Below, piece by piece: positions 14,248 to 29,374 of a stretch of 64,000 bases of DNA (the first letter of the stretch is position 1; each line of letters begins with the position of its first letter). A program made the position numbers and the translations under genes. The stretch is from Proteromonas lacertae (Eukaryota). The DNA lies in assembly GCA_002245135.1 (NCBI GenBank), contig NGBS01000871.1, forward strand, positions 186,001 to 250,000. Direction: 5' to 3'. The notes beneath the pieces were generated by a model. The model did no database searches. It was given only the letters and a program-made list of their open reading frames with translations, and was not told the origin of the DNA.

Positions 14248-15116
14248 CTATTCGTTTACAGTTAATTTTATAAATGGAACTTTCTTCAAATTATTATTAA
14301 TTATCTCTCTAGTTTTATTCAATTCTACTTTCACTGTTTTATTATTTGGATCTATTTCTAATGCCTTCTTTAAGTCTTTTACAGCGGATCTATGTTTACA
14401 CTCACCATTTTTAGCCATAGCTCTTCTATAATATGATTTAACAAAGCTACTATCTAATTTCAATGAATAATCACAATCTTCTTCAGCATTCTTATACTCT
14501 TTTAATTTCAGATAATGTCATTGCTCTGTTACTAAAACTAACAGCACATTCGCTATTCAATGCAATTGATTTAGTATAACACTTCAATGCTTCTTCAAAA
14601 TTACCTTCACTAAAATATTTATTACCTTTTTCTCTTTCAAGTACATCCAATGGTTTTGTATTTTCACTTTCTAATGAATGATTATTTACTGGTTTTTCAT
14701 CATCATCATTATTTATGATTATATCTCTTCCTATATCAGCTGGACTAATTATTAGAGGTTTTGCTTGTGATACAACTGTAGCATCAGTTGTATTGGTTGG
14801 AGAATTTGCATCTGATTCGTCGAGTTCTTTCAATGCTCCATCTACATCAAATTTTTCCCATTTCTTATACCCTTTATCATATGTATGTGCATCAGCTGGT
14901 TTGGGAGGTTTTGGTTCGATCTGGTTTTTCTTCTACTGTTTTTGGTATTTCTGGATTATTCTTTACCAATGTGTTTTTATACATTTTCTTTTTCTGTAGC
15001 TCTTTATCTCTCTTGGTAATATCTGATTCCCATTTATCTAAATCAGAATAAAAATCTTGCATTTCTAAAGCATTTTGTCTGATTCGCATTTGTAAATCCA
15101 TTGTTGATTTGCTCAT
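14248..15116 (-). CDS. RPAP3: RPAP3-like TPR co-chaperone (short form), broken by two +1 frameshifts
   Basis: N-terminal LQMRIRQNALEMQDFYSDLDKWE; YKKWEKFDVD; TPR EREKGNKYF..SNRAMT-YLKLKEYKNAEEDC..KSYYRRA. Extra bases near 14918 and 14514. Confidence 0.8.
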
Positions 15117-15332
15117 TTTTGTTATTTTGGTAATTATAAGTTAATTCTAAAAGTAGATGAAAAGAAATTATAATTTAGAAACAGAAATTATCAAATCGAC
15201 ATTCAAGCTTACATAAAATAATTCACCAATTAAACTATTTAACATATCAATTCATAAAGTATAATACACAATAATATCAATTCAAACAAAATATAGAAAA
15301 TAAAGATATAATAATTAGTACTTTATACATAT

Positions 15333-15785
15333 CTAATATTCCTCTGTTCCTGGTAAAGGTATTGTTCCATTCTCATATCCATGCATCAAACTATATTTAT
15401 AGATAATATTTAATAAATATAATACTCTGGACGGAGATGAGTTTGAATATTTCTTTCAACTATTGCCACATCATTTGCTTGTAAAGGTAATTTCGCACTA
15501 CTTAAAAATTTATTAACTTCATAATTTATTATTTTTTTCATAATGATATTTTTTGTATATTTAGGTGTGATTTGTGTAATTAAATATGATTTTGCTTTTT
15601 TAACTTTTTCTTCTTTTTCCCTTTGCCTTCTTAATTCTTTACTATGTTTGATTTGTTCTCTCATGTCTAATGTAAACTGTGAAGGAGCAACTCCAATGGT
15701 TGCGTGACTCAACTTTAAATCATTCATTAAGTCAGTAGTACTATACACTAAACAATAAACAATACTCTAAATGTTTAGTTGACAT
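15333..15785 (-). CDS. Short hypothetical protein, duplicate of the N-terminal domain of the neighbouring coiled-coil gene
   Basis: ATIGVAPSQFTLDMRE..KVKKAK..PKY..IINYEVNKF..NIQTHLRPE aligns with 17400-17680 and shares the intron after RPE. Confidence 0.65.
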
Positions 15786-15953
15786 GTATATCACACAAAA
15801 TAAATAAATAACGATTTTATAAGTCAAACTAGATATCAAGCCTATTTACTATTTTTGTCATTTTCTCTTTATTCATTCACCTAAATATAAAAAAAAGAAC
15901 AGTTAAAATTATAATAATAGATAATTAATATATTCATTTATTATTTATATATT

Positions 15954-17749
15954 TTAAAATAATTTAGTAGTTTGTTTTTGATGTCGAACTGGTGATGCTT
16001 CAGGTGCATACATTCCCATTCTAGCTTCTAATGTATTTCTCAATCCATCATTAGTTTTAATTTCATTTAATATCTTTTTATTCATTTCTCTTTCACGATC
16101 AGATAATTTATATTCACTTCGCAATCTATTCTCTTCCATTTGACGGAATTGAATATCTCTCACCTTCTCAGCTTCCATTCTACGTCTTCGAGTCTCGGCT
16201 TGTTCTCTTTCCAAAGCTTTTTTATTTTCAATAATCATTTGTCTTCTATATTCTTTATCTCTAGCATCTTCTTCTTCACTATATCATAAAATATAATAAA
16301 AAATATATATACTGCTCATGTTTCTTTACTTCCATTTGATTCAATAATGCTCTAGTTTGTTCCTCATTATTTCTTCTTATTTCTTCTTGTTTCTCTCTTT
16401 CAATTCTGTCTAATTCAGCTTCTCTTTCTCTAAAGTGTTGATCAATACGTGCATTCAATGCTTCTTCACTCATAAACTCTTCTTTCCTATTCATTTTATT
16501 CATTTCTGCTAATTTTTGTTGTCTATCATAAGTTTTTCTTAACCATAATTCTCTTTCTAATTCTTGTTGATCTAATCTTTCCTTTTCTTCTTTCATTAAT
16601 CTCATATCATTCATACGCTCTATTTCTGCTTCTTTAGCTAATCTTGCTTTATTCTTGATATTATCAGCTTGGATTTGATCTAATTCTTGTTTACGTCTAA
16701 GCTTTTCCTCTCTAGCTTGTTGTTCTTCATATTCCATTAATTTCTGAATTCTACGGACTTCTTTTCTTTCTTGTTTTCGTGTATGCTCAGCTTCTTGCTC
16801 TTTAGCTTCAGCTCTTTCTCTTAATTGAGTTAATTGAATTTGTCTAATTCTTTCAGATTGTTTCTGTTTCTCTATCATTTTCTGTCTTTCTTCTTCTTTG
16901 AATTTTTCATAATCTTTCTTTATTTCATTTCTTGTTTGCTCTATTTTATGTTCTTCTTCTTGTCTATATTGTTGATGCTCTTGTAATTGTAACGTTCTTA
17001 CTCTATTTGTTTCATTGATTCTTTCTTGTTCTTCACGTCTTCTTCTTTCATCATCTTCTTCTTCCTTTAAATTATAATATGTTTGTAATAAAGTCCAGTC
17101 CATTTCTCCTTGACCCACTCTTTGAGTTGTTTTCTTTGCATCTTCTGCATAATCTCTTAATGTATCATCATCTAATGCTTCTTCTTCTTCTTCTGGATAT
17201 TTCTTACTTCTATAGTTATTGATACTTCCTGTTGTGCTTGGACGACTACCAGTTCCTCCTGCTGGTGCAGTTGGAAGGTTTGTCTCCCATTTGCCTGTTA
17301 AACGCATTAATCTTGGGGATTTGAATGTCAATCTACCTGTTTTGAATGCAAATAATGTACTATATGGATTATTAGATTATTTATTAAATATTTATACTCT
17401 GGACGCATTTGTGCTTGAATATTTACTTCTAATTGTGAGAGATCATTTTGTTGGATTGGAAAACGGACATGCTTCATAAATTCATTTACTTCAGTATTGA
17501 TTATTTTACGAATTAATGGATCCTTAGCATATTTGGGGTATAATTGGTTTAAGATCAAACCTTTAGCTTTTTTAACTTTCTCATCTCTTTCTCTTTGTCT
17601 TTTGATCATTCTACTGTGTTGAACACTTTCTCTCATATTCATTGTGAATTCTGAAGGAGCAATTCCAATTGTAGCTGGTTTTGGTATTACGGTAAGTGAT
17701 GGTAGTCTATCAGACGATATTATTTCAATAAATACGTAGTCTTATGCAT
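15954..17749 (-). CDS. Glu/Arg/Gln-rich long helical protein resembling trichohyalin-plectin-homology (TPH) coiled-coil proteins
   Basis: Three short introns join ORFs 17328, 16279 and 15954. Continuous charged helix of ~350 aa after a MDWTLL motif. Confidence 0.55.
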
Positions 17750-17900
17750 TCCTATCAATAAAATGGCGTTATTAAAAAGAAAAAACCGTTATTAAAACAG
17801 CTAGATTTGATGGCTTGACAAAACCACTATATATTTATAATTGATTTACCAAAAGCAACAAAAAAATAACCCCAAAATAACAAGATTCACATTTTTAGGA

Positions 17901-20727
17901 ATGAGTGGAACTCCAAATAACGAAGGTTCTCCACCATCATTTTCTAATAGTATGCATAGTCATCATTCAAATGGTTATAATAGTATTTCTTTTACATCTT
18001 ACTCATTTGCAGATAATTACAGTGGGAATGAAAATGAAATTAACCAAGATGATTTTGGATCTATTGCAGCCCCACCTAACATACAAATATCGCAGGAGTC
18101 ACAAGTGAATAACGAAATGCGTAATACAGGTGAAATAGAAATATCTGGATTTCAATTATCACCTACTGCTTCATTTTTCCCTACAGATCAAGTGTATGAT
18201 TTTATGGAAACTGAAAATGGACCACTTCCTGGTGCAACGAACTGTATATTATATTGTAATTGTTATTATTATAGTCTCTCAACAACCAATTGCAGATGAA
18301 CGAGTAGACTCAGCAAATATACTGAATGATTTTCAAATAGAAAGTGAGGAGAATGATGATGGTATAAAATCATATTATTTTCTAATTTCTAAAGATTTTT
18401 TCCTCACACAACAGGAAATAGATCCAAACCCTCAATCATCACCATCAAAACTTCAAAATCAAAACGCTTCACCTCCATCCTATCTTAATTTTATGGATGC
18501 TGAGCCAATATCACAAGATATACAATCTTCACCTCCATTGATATCATCTTCAAGAAAAATCTTCTCATCACTTGAATATCGTATATTTATATATTATAAT
18601 TAATTAGAGTCAAGGATATATGATGATAGAACAATCAAAAACCTAACATCAGAATCCAATGAATTATTAAAGGATGTGGATATATTAGAACCAAATCAAT
18701 TAAATATGAATTACTTTAGAAAGACAGGATTTCGAAATGTAGTGTTGGTTAATTCAATCACTAAAATGACTGATTTTCATTGCCCTGATATTACAAGAGA
18801 TAATTTGATTATTACATTGACAGGATTAGATTTAAAAGCATATAATGTATATATATTATTATTATTATTATTAATTATTATATGTAAATAGATAGAAACA
18901 CGTAAATATGAATCATTCAACCAAAATCAATGGCTGGAAATATACAATCATGCATCTGTTACACATAGAACTATTCAATCACAACGTATAATATAATATA
19001 TAATATAATATAATATAGCTTGTCGTTTCATCAGTACAGATGTATCCAATACAATATTAAACTCATTTCGTTTACCTAAGATCATTCATGATTTAGACTT
19101 CAAATCATTAGTTCCAAAATATAAAGATATTCGTTCAGGTTTATATTTGTTGATGTCAGTGAGTGGTTTTTATTTAGATTTTCATATTGAACAAAGTGGA
19201 ACAGCTACTTGGTATTACTGCTGTGATGGAGATTTATATTTCTACTTAATTTGTCCAAATGAAGAGAATTTAGAGTTATTTAAAGAATGGTATGAAAGTA
19301 ATTCAATAGACAGTAATATACTATACACTGATATGAATGATAATGATGGAAATCCATTGAAAGAAAAGATGATTACAATAACATTAAAAGTGGGCGATTT
19401 TATGATAATACCATCAGGATGGATATATAGCTTTTATTGTAGTTCAAATGCAATATTATTTTCTGGAAATTTCTTACATGGTTTTGATTTATTAGTTGAA
19501 TTATATGTAAGAGATTTAGAAGAAACGTTGAAATATCCTGATACAATATTATATGAGAATTTTCAAGAGGAATTATGGCATGGTTGTCAGAAATACTTGG
19601 GATTATTGAGATTAATGAGTTTCAATAATAATAATAATAATATGATAAGTAATTATGAATTAAATGGTTTACCTTCATTGATCTGTTCATTATCCAATTG
19701 GTTTCAATGTTTAAGTGATGAATCTGATAATGATACTTATGACAATAGTATAAGAGAAGCAGCAAATAATGCATCAATAGCAACACACTGTAATGGTCCA
19801 TTAGATATGTTGAGTGAATTAATCACAAGATTAAGAAAAGAACAATGGAAAGAACGTAAAAGTAGTGTTCCTAAGATATCATATTCTATTGAAAGTGAAA
19901 CAACAATGCAACAAGTATTAGGTGATAACAATAGTGATGATAATGATAATGATAATGAAAGTGATAGTGAAAGTGAAAGTAATGATAGTAGAAATAATAA
20001 TAACAATAATATTCATACAATAGGTAAAGTTCCACCAGTTGGTTTAGTTGGTGGAGGTAAATATATACCAATTAATAATAATAATAATAATAATTTATCA
20101 TCATATTCTGAAAGTGATAATGATTCTGATGATTTTAATTATAACAACAACAATCAATAATAAAATACCATCATCATCATCATTATCTTTACCACCAACT
20201 TATTTTGTAGATTGTATATGTGGATTGAGAGGAATGAATTTAAAAGATAATTTACCGTTAGTTCAGTGTTGTATTTGCCAAGTTTATTTTCATAAAGAAC
20301 ATGTTTTACAATCAAATAATAGTTATTATTATTGTCATAAATGTAAAGAAAAACAATCATCACCACAACCACCTGATTTACCTCCAAAACCTCCTGCATT
20401 ACCTCCCAAACCAATAATATTGAGTAATAATAATAATAAAACTAAAAAAGTAGTAAAAATAAATGAAAATGATATTTTACCAACTAAAAAGAGGAGGAGA
20501 AGATCAATTCAGAAAGATTATGAAATAGATGATGATTATATAGAAAAAGAAGAAGAATATATTTATAATAAAGATGATGGAGGATATGATGATGATGGAG
20601 ATGGAGATTATGGAAGTGAAGATGATGGTGAAATGATGAAAAAGAAGAAAAATACAAAGAAACGAAAAAGAACCAATTATTATGTAAATCAAATAAATTC
20701 TGATAGGAAAGCTCAACATTTGTTGTT

Positions 20728-20759
<32 letters not shown>

Positions 20760-20869
20760 CTGGAGTAATTCCTCCACCTGTTTCAGCACCACCACCTAAA
20801 AAGAAAGAAAATAAAAAACAATCATCATTTAAAAACATTATGAAGAATTTGAAAAAGAAAAGAGATTAA
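17901..20869 (+). CDS. JmjC (KDM2/KDM7-like) plus C-terminal PHD finger protein, probably catalytically impaired; one frameshift
   Basis: LMSVSGFYLDFHIEQSGTATWY..IPSGWIYS..FSGNFLH; PHD CICG..LVQCCICQVYFHKEHV..YYCHKC; extra C at about 20155. Confidence 0.8.
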
Positions 20870-21964
20870 GTGTTTATTTTTTTGTATTTAATTTTATGTT
20901 TTATAAGTGTTGTATTTTGTTTTTTGTTGTTATTTATTATTTATAAAGTAAAGAAAACAATTACATGTAATTATGTCATTTTGACCCAAAAATTTTATTT
21001 TATTTATTTATTTATTTATTTATTTACTTTAGAAAGTATTAAGTGATAGAGAAAGATATAGCTTCATTTCATTGTTTTTGAGGTGATTTTCGCTAATTAG
21101 ACTTTAAAAGCAGTATAGATTGAAAAACACCATTGAGTGTAATATAAAAGTATACTATTCGAATTTATATATCATCACGTATAAAGAATATAAACACATA
21201 CTAATGCAAATTAGCTATGATGGAGTTGAATTCACAGTAAATCAAATTATTCAAAGAATGATTTGAAGATATGAATTATATAAAAAATAGTCGCTTTTAT
21301 GAATGACTTGTGTAAATATAAAAAGAACTATAAGAATAGAGTTTTCTGATATATATTAATTAATAAAGAAGAAAACATATATCAAATTCTTAATTACTTG
21401 AATTTTAACACTTTTTATCTATTTTCCTATAAAATAGTGTAGTATTGTAAAAAATTCTCGGCTTTATATTTGATTTTCTTAGAAGATTGACTAGGAAATA
21501 CAATTCTTTTGGTATAGTCGAAGTTGTTGTATATAGGGTTCTTGCGCAATTTTGGCGGTATGATAAAACCTCGATGAAATAAGCTTGTTAATTATTTTCT
21601 CTAAATTTATGGATTATAGATGGTATGGTATGGTATAGAGACATTAAAAAAGTATGATTATGCGCATAAACTGCAAAATGCTGTCCCAATTCCTATCTCA
21701 GATTTCAATATATGTTTTGCTATGAGTAAAGAATACTAAATCCATCTGATAACAACCAGGTTTTCTTAATTGAAGCAAATGGTAGATCATTCTAATAATT
21801 TTTGAATGAAGATTTCCACTATTGATATGCTTTGTGTTGTTGCGGATATAAAATGATTAAACATACAATTTTTAACTGTATTAAGTCAGTATAACCATTT
21901 TATAAAAAGAACAAATTTTTATTTATTTGGCTTGATGTAAAGTTTGAATATATTACACAAGAAA

Positions 21965-24523
21965 ATGAGAGTATTTAAAGAGAGTATTGGGGATGGGTAT
22001 ATGTTAAACTTTGCTATTGTTATAGATTCTATTCAGCAATGGTGAATAGAAAGTTCAAAGAAGTTGAATTGATTATTGAAAATGAAGAAACTCCTTGTGT
22101 TTCTTCTATTTTGTGTGTATCAAATGAAAGGATGAATGATATAATAAATGACGATATAATTGAAGATAAAGTTACACTTCCTGACCAAATTACCAAGAAA
22201 GCGTTTTCACTATTATGTAGCTATTATGGATATGGAATGATAGATATTAATAAAGATAATGTGGTTGAATTATTGATATGTTGTCTTTGTTTGAATGAAG
22301 TAAATCTACTATGTATATGTAGAAAATACATACTAACTCATCTGAACAACAGATTTGTAGTTGATATAATTAAATTAATTGAAGAAGTACCAAGTAATTA
22401 TTTGGATGATGAAGAAGCATTAGTGAGTGATTATATTAGGTTAAGATGTATATCAATATTGGATGATAATAAAATATTTCGCATGTTAAATCTAAACAAT
22501 CTAAAATTCATAATTACACTTGAGAATCTATTAATTCCAAATGAAAAATATATATTAAATAAGATCTTGAAACACTACCATGAAAATATCGAAAGAATAG
22601 AAAGTATAAAACATAAAAATGCAAAATACAATGAAATTATGAAATATATAAATTGGAAAGATATCAAAATTCATGAGATTGATGAAAGTGATTTAGAAAT
22701 TATAGATATGAATATAATGAAAAAAAGTCCAAAATCAAAAATTAATAAAAAGAAAAAATGGAAGAATTCCTCATACGAGAAATGAAGTATTAAATGAGAT
22801 GATATTAAAGGGTATAAAGGATATTGATTCAATAGAAAAAATATATTGTATATTATTATTATAATTATATTTCAAATAGATGAAGATTGTAAATATATAT
22901 TATCATTTGATAATTTATTTGTTGAAATTAGTAAATATTTGAAAGAAAGTGAATATTTAATAGAAATAGTAACCATATTGAGGATAATAAAAGAACTGAA
23001 AATAGACAAGAACAAATTGGATATGAAAAATAGTGACAAAAGAAGTGTAATTAGATTATTAGTTAAGGAATATGAATCAAATGAAGAAGACAAATCACTG
23101 ATTGTGGAATGTTTATTATTTTTCTTAGATAATAGTATATATACTGTAATATATTATCATAAATATAGAAGAAATAATGCAATCTGTCTTTAATTTTTAT
23201 GGTAATTCTATATTTGCAGACTTATTAAATTGTGAAAGAATTGATGATAAATCAAAAATAATTGAATATGTTAGAGATTGTATGAATGAAAGTGATAGAA
23301 AACAAATAATATTGGCTATAAATGATGATGAAATAAAAGGTGAATTATTTCCACCATCCTTATATCACTTTTATGATTCTAGTATAGAATATAAACTTAC
23401 ATCATCAAATGATATAAAAGTGGGAATAGAACTAAATTATTTCACATCATCATGTTCAATACTAAAAGGTAATGAAATAACAGAATTAAGATCAGATGGT
23501 TATTCATGTTGCGTTCCTAATTATGTATATTATCATTCCTCTAAGAATGAAGTAAATGTTGGTGAACTTGCAGAAGTCAATGGTAAACAGAATCAAATAA
23601 TAAAATATCCAATGAATATAATTGGGCTAAGATATACTAATTCAGTTGTTCAAAATGCAGTTCGTAATTCTCCAGTAGCAATAGTAAACGATAATGGAAT
23701 TCCTAAATATGAATTACAATTCAATAACAATATTGTTCATTTGTCTGCTAAAGATGTTTTACTAGAAATTTTGAAATATATAAAAAGAAGAATTAACAAC
23801 AGTCTTAATCTAAACAATGGCCAAAAAATAATAGCGAAAATGTCAATTCCTATTGATTTAAATGATAAACAGAAAAAAGAGATTATAGAATGTGCAAAAG
23901 AAGCTGATATACTAGTAGAAATATTAATTCCTACTCCAATAGCAATATGCTCATCTTATTATCGTAATATTAATATGGATAATTATAAAATAGAGAAAAT
24001 ATTAGTATGTGATTTAAATTTGGAAAGTTTTGAATGTTCTATTGTAGAAATGAATAATAGAAGAAAAGCCATGAAAATTATATCATCTATACAAATTGAT
24101 ACTGGAAGTAATATGTTTATAGAAAAACTTGTTAATTATTATAGAAATGAATGCGAAGTACAAGCAGGATTAAAGATATCAAATCAAAAAATGCTGTGCA
24201 AACTTAGAAAAGAATGCCGAAATGTAGGAGAATATCTGTATGACGATAGTTATATTTACAACATTGATTGTGATTTTTTAGAAGATTGTGATGTTGATAC
24301 AGAAGTTACTCCAGCCACATTTCAACATATATGTAGAGATTTGTTTGATAGAGTATATAATAGAGTTTATTCCCTTATAAATGAAAGTATATTGTCAAAG
24401 AATGATATTAGAAGAATAGTTATAAAATGTAGTGATGTGAAAATAATGAAAAAGTATTTAAAATCTAGATTATCGATTGAAACAGAAGATGTGAAAAGTA
24501 TTAGTTCAATTAACATTGAGTAA
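21965..24523 (+). CDS. BTB/BACK-like protein fused to a degenerate Hsp70-type nucleotide-binding domain; one homopolymer frameshift
   Basis: BTB (AFSLLCSYYGYGMIDINKDNVVELLICCLCL); Hsp70-NBD-like VGIELNYF, VPNYVYY, MSIPIDLNDKQKKEIIECA, LIPTPIA, ILVCDL, TFQHICRDLF. Extra A in the run at 22720-22726. Confidence 0.7.
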
Positions 24524-24622
24524 TAATGCTTTTATTTTAAAATTATTTGTTGTTATTATTAAATATTTTAAAATCAAAAAAAAGAAGAGTAATTTTACAA
24601 ATTTGTACAATAATTAGTCATT

Positions 24623-26002
24623 TTAACTGTCATTAAGAGCTGCAACACCTGGTAATAATTTACCTTCCATAACTTCTAAGCTAGCACCTCCTCCAGTTGA
24701 AACATGGCTGATCTTTCCAGATAATCCAGTCTTTTTCAAAGCAGATACTGAATCACCTCCTCCAACGATTGAAATAGCACCATTTTCAGTACATTTAGCT
24801 ACAGTTTGTGCAATTGATAATGTACCTTTAGCGAATGGAGCATATTCAAATACACCCATTGGTCCATTCCATACAATAGTTTTAGCTTCACCTAATTTCT
24901 TAGCGAATAATTCTTCAGTCTTTGGACCTATATCTAAACCTAATTTACCAGCTGGCATATGATCCCAAGCACATACTTCATGAGCTGATTTAGCACTCAT
25001 TTCATCTGCACATACTACATCTACTGGTAATACTAATTCTACACCTTTAGCTTTAGCATCCTTTACTAATTGTTGTGTGAATTCCATTTGTGCTGGTTCT
25101 ACTAAACTCTTACCTACTTCTTTACCCATTGCTTTGTAGAAGGTGAACATCATAGCACCACCGATCAATAATTTATTAGCTTTTTGAATCAATGATTTCA
25201 TTACTGGAATCTTTGTTGATACTTTTGCACCACCAACTACTACAACTAATGGACGTTTTGGATCATCAATAGCACCATATAAGAAGGCTAATTCTTTTTC
25301 CATTAACATACCAGCAGCAGCTCTCTTGCATAACTTAGCAACACCAGCTGTTGATGCATGAGCTCTATGAGCTGTACCAAAGGCATCATTGACGTAGTAT
25401 GTTGCTCCTGTTGATTCTACTAATGCTTTAGCGAAATCTGGCTTGTTCTTTGTCTCACCTGGGTTGAATCTTACATTTTCTAATAACATTAAATCTCCGT
25501 CTTTTAATTGATCAGCTTGTTTCTTTACAACTGGGCCTGTGACTTCGGGTACATAGTAGACTTTTTTACCGAATAATTCTGATAATCTGTTAGCTACTGG
25601 GTCTAATCTTAATTTATCATCAACCTTCTTTGGTTTGCCTAAATGAGTGCAGACTACTACACGAGCTCCAGCTTCTGATAATAATTTAAGAGTTGGAATG
25701 GCAGCTCTGATTCTTGTATCATCGGTAATCTTTCTTGATCCATCCTTTGCAAGTGGTACATTCAAATCACATCTTACAAATACAGTTTGTCCCTAATTTA
25801 TTGATAATAAACAATGTATAATATACTTTTAAGTTTTCTGATGCAATGAGTTTTTTTACTGTTAATTTATTAGCTGGATGATTAGCTGGTAATGCAGAGA
25901 ATGATCTCAAGGTCATTTTTGCATATAAACCACTTTTTAATACAGAAGATGATGTCTTAAATACGGCCTATAGTATAAATGCAATTAAATCCATACTTGC
26001 AT
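24623..26002 (-). CDS. PGK: Phosphoglycerate kinase with N-terminal mitochondrial/MRO-type presequence
   Basis: VFVRCDLNVP, DDTRIRAA, THLGKP, LLENVRF, NDAFGTAHRAH, WNGPMGVFE, GGGDS, HVSTGGGASLE. Two 5' introns; leader MQAVFKTSSSVLKSGLYAKMTLRSFS. Confidence 0.97.
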
Positions 26003-27208
<1,206 letters not shown>

Positions 27209-27342
27209 ATTAATTTATTTTTCTAAATTGAGCAACTGATAGATTTCAGTTTTGATCATACTAATATTTTGTGTTATTTATTTGGGTGATTATTAGTAAT
27301 TAAAAAAGATAATAATGAAAATGAAAGGCTCAAGAAAGCTAA

Positions 27343-29374
27343 TTAAGCTGACCATAATTCAGTGATATATCTCTTTTCTTCTTTCAATTTCAATATATAT
27401 CTTTCAGCTTCATCATGGTTCATATTTCCACAGGTTTCAACACAGTTGACCAAAGATTGATAAATTGCATTACCCATATCAACAGAACCAGCAGATAGCA
27501 ATTCTACATTTACTATTACCATTCAATACTTTCCATATCATTTCGCAATCTTCATCTACTTTATTCTGAACATACACTTTCTTATCAGTTTCTCTAGAAA
27601 AGGCACAATTCAAATGAGTAATAATCTTTTGTTTTTCATATTCCATTAATTCATCTCTATAAATAAAATCTTCATCACTTCTTCTACAACCATAATAGAA
27701 TAAACATTCACCTATTTCTTTATTCATATTCTTTTTAAAATAACTTCTTTCTTGTAAAATACATCTCATTAATGATATTCCAGTTCCAACACTGATCATT
27801 ATGATTGGATTGTTTATACTTTTATATAATTCATAGTTATTATGATGAATATAACCTTTAATAATTGTACCAGGAACACTGTGAAGAATATAACCTGAAC
27901 AAAATCCAACGTATTCTTTGTCTTTTGTCAATTGTTCTTTATATAATCCAATTGTTAAATTGATACAGCTTGGATTAGATAAATTGTGGTTTGAAATAGT
28001 GTAAGCTCGAGGTGTAATAAATGGAAATATCTCTAAGAAATCGTGAAGAGGGATTTTAAATGATGGATATAGTTGGATAAAATCTAATAATTTCAATTTC
28101 TTTAAACCAAATAACTTCTTATGCAATTCCTTATCATTACATACATTTTGTATCTCACTCTTTTCTTCTGAATCTGTTATATAGGGTATTAAAATACGTA
28201 AAAATGATTGTTTTATTGGACTTGAAAGATCATAATAATATTGTAATAATTCCTTTAATGTTGTAGAAGGAGGAAAGAGTAATGGAAGTGTTGATATCTT
28301 TGGCAATAAAGTAACTACAAAATGTAAATCAAAATCTAATTTTCTATTTTTAATAAATTAATATATATATATATATATATATATAATATACTCAGCAATT
28401 TCTCTAACAGTTTCTTCATCATTCTTTGCATATAAATACAGTGTATCTCCAGTTTGATAATCTAAACCAGTCTTTGAAGTAAACTCTAAATGATGAATTG
28501 ATTTTTGACATTTTCCTTCACATAATTCAATATTTCTAATTAACTGAAAATCAGCAGAATGAATATAATTCTTGACTCTGTTATCATATCCTGAATTTGG
28601 CACTTGGCTGTTAAATGGACCAGTAATTAATTCAAATTTATATTCAAATTGAGAAGCAGTAGAGGTGTTGTTATTATTAATACCATTATCTTTACACTCA
28701 TCTGGATTTATTAACTATTTTAAACAAATATATAGTAATATATACTCCTTTTAATACTTCAATTAAACCATCACACCAACTGTGGAAATCTAATTCAATA
28801 TCACCTCCAGCATCTCCTTCACAAAATTTATATATTCTTTTACCTCCTTTTCTTTCAAGTAATTTATCTGTTTGTTTACCTGTTTCACAGAATTTACGGT
28901 AAGCTCTGTCTCCTAAGCCAAAAACACTATAATTAAGTGAGGATAAAGCTCCCGGTGCTAAATCATCGTCTTTTAACCAATTACAGAATCTTATTGCATT
29001 ATCTGTTGGTTCTCCGTCTCCATAGGTTGACATTAAGAATAATCCTAATTTACAGTTCATTATTATATCCTCACTAAAATCTTCTAAATCATGTATTTCT
29101 GAACTGATTTTTACCTTTTTCAACTTATCACATAGCTGAGAAGCAAAATCTTCAGATGTACCAGACTGAGTACCATAAAAAATATCTACACATAACAAAG
29201 GCTCATCATTATCTTGATCTTTATACTCTTCATAAGGATCTTGTCTAAATCAAAAATAGAGTTTAATAAAATATACCTTGGATTTGTTGGATCATTTGCA
29301 TTGCTCAAGCAACTTGTAACCATTGATAAAGATTGAACAGCATAGCTGACAATGCTTTGTATTGAGCTAATCAT
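27343..29374 (-). CDS. NADPH-dependent diflavin oxidoreductase (CPR/NDOR1 family); one +1 frameshift near the C-terminus
   Basis: FMN domain YGTQSGTS, STYGDGEPTDNA, FGLGDRAY; FAD/NADP motifs PRAYTIS, GFCSGY, VGTGI, YYGCR, AFSRE, KVYVQ; IC[+1]GSVDMG..ELWSA*. Confidence 0.88.
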
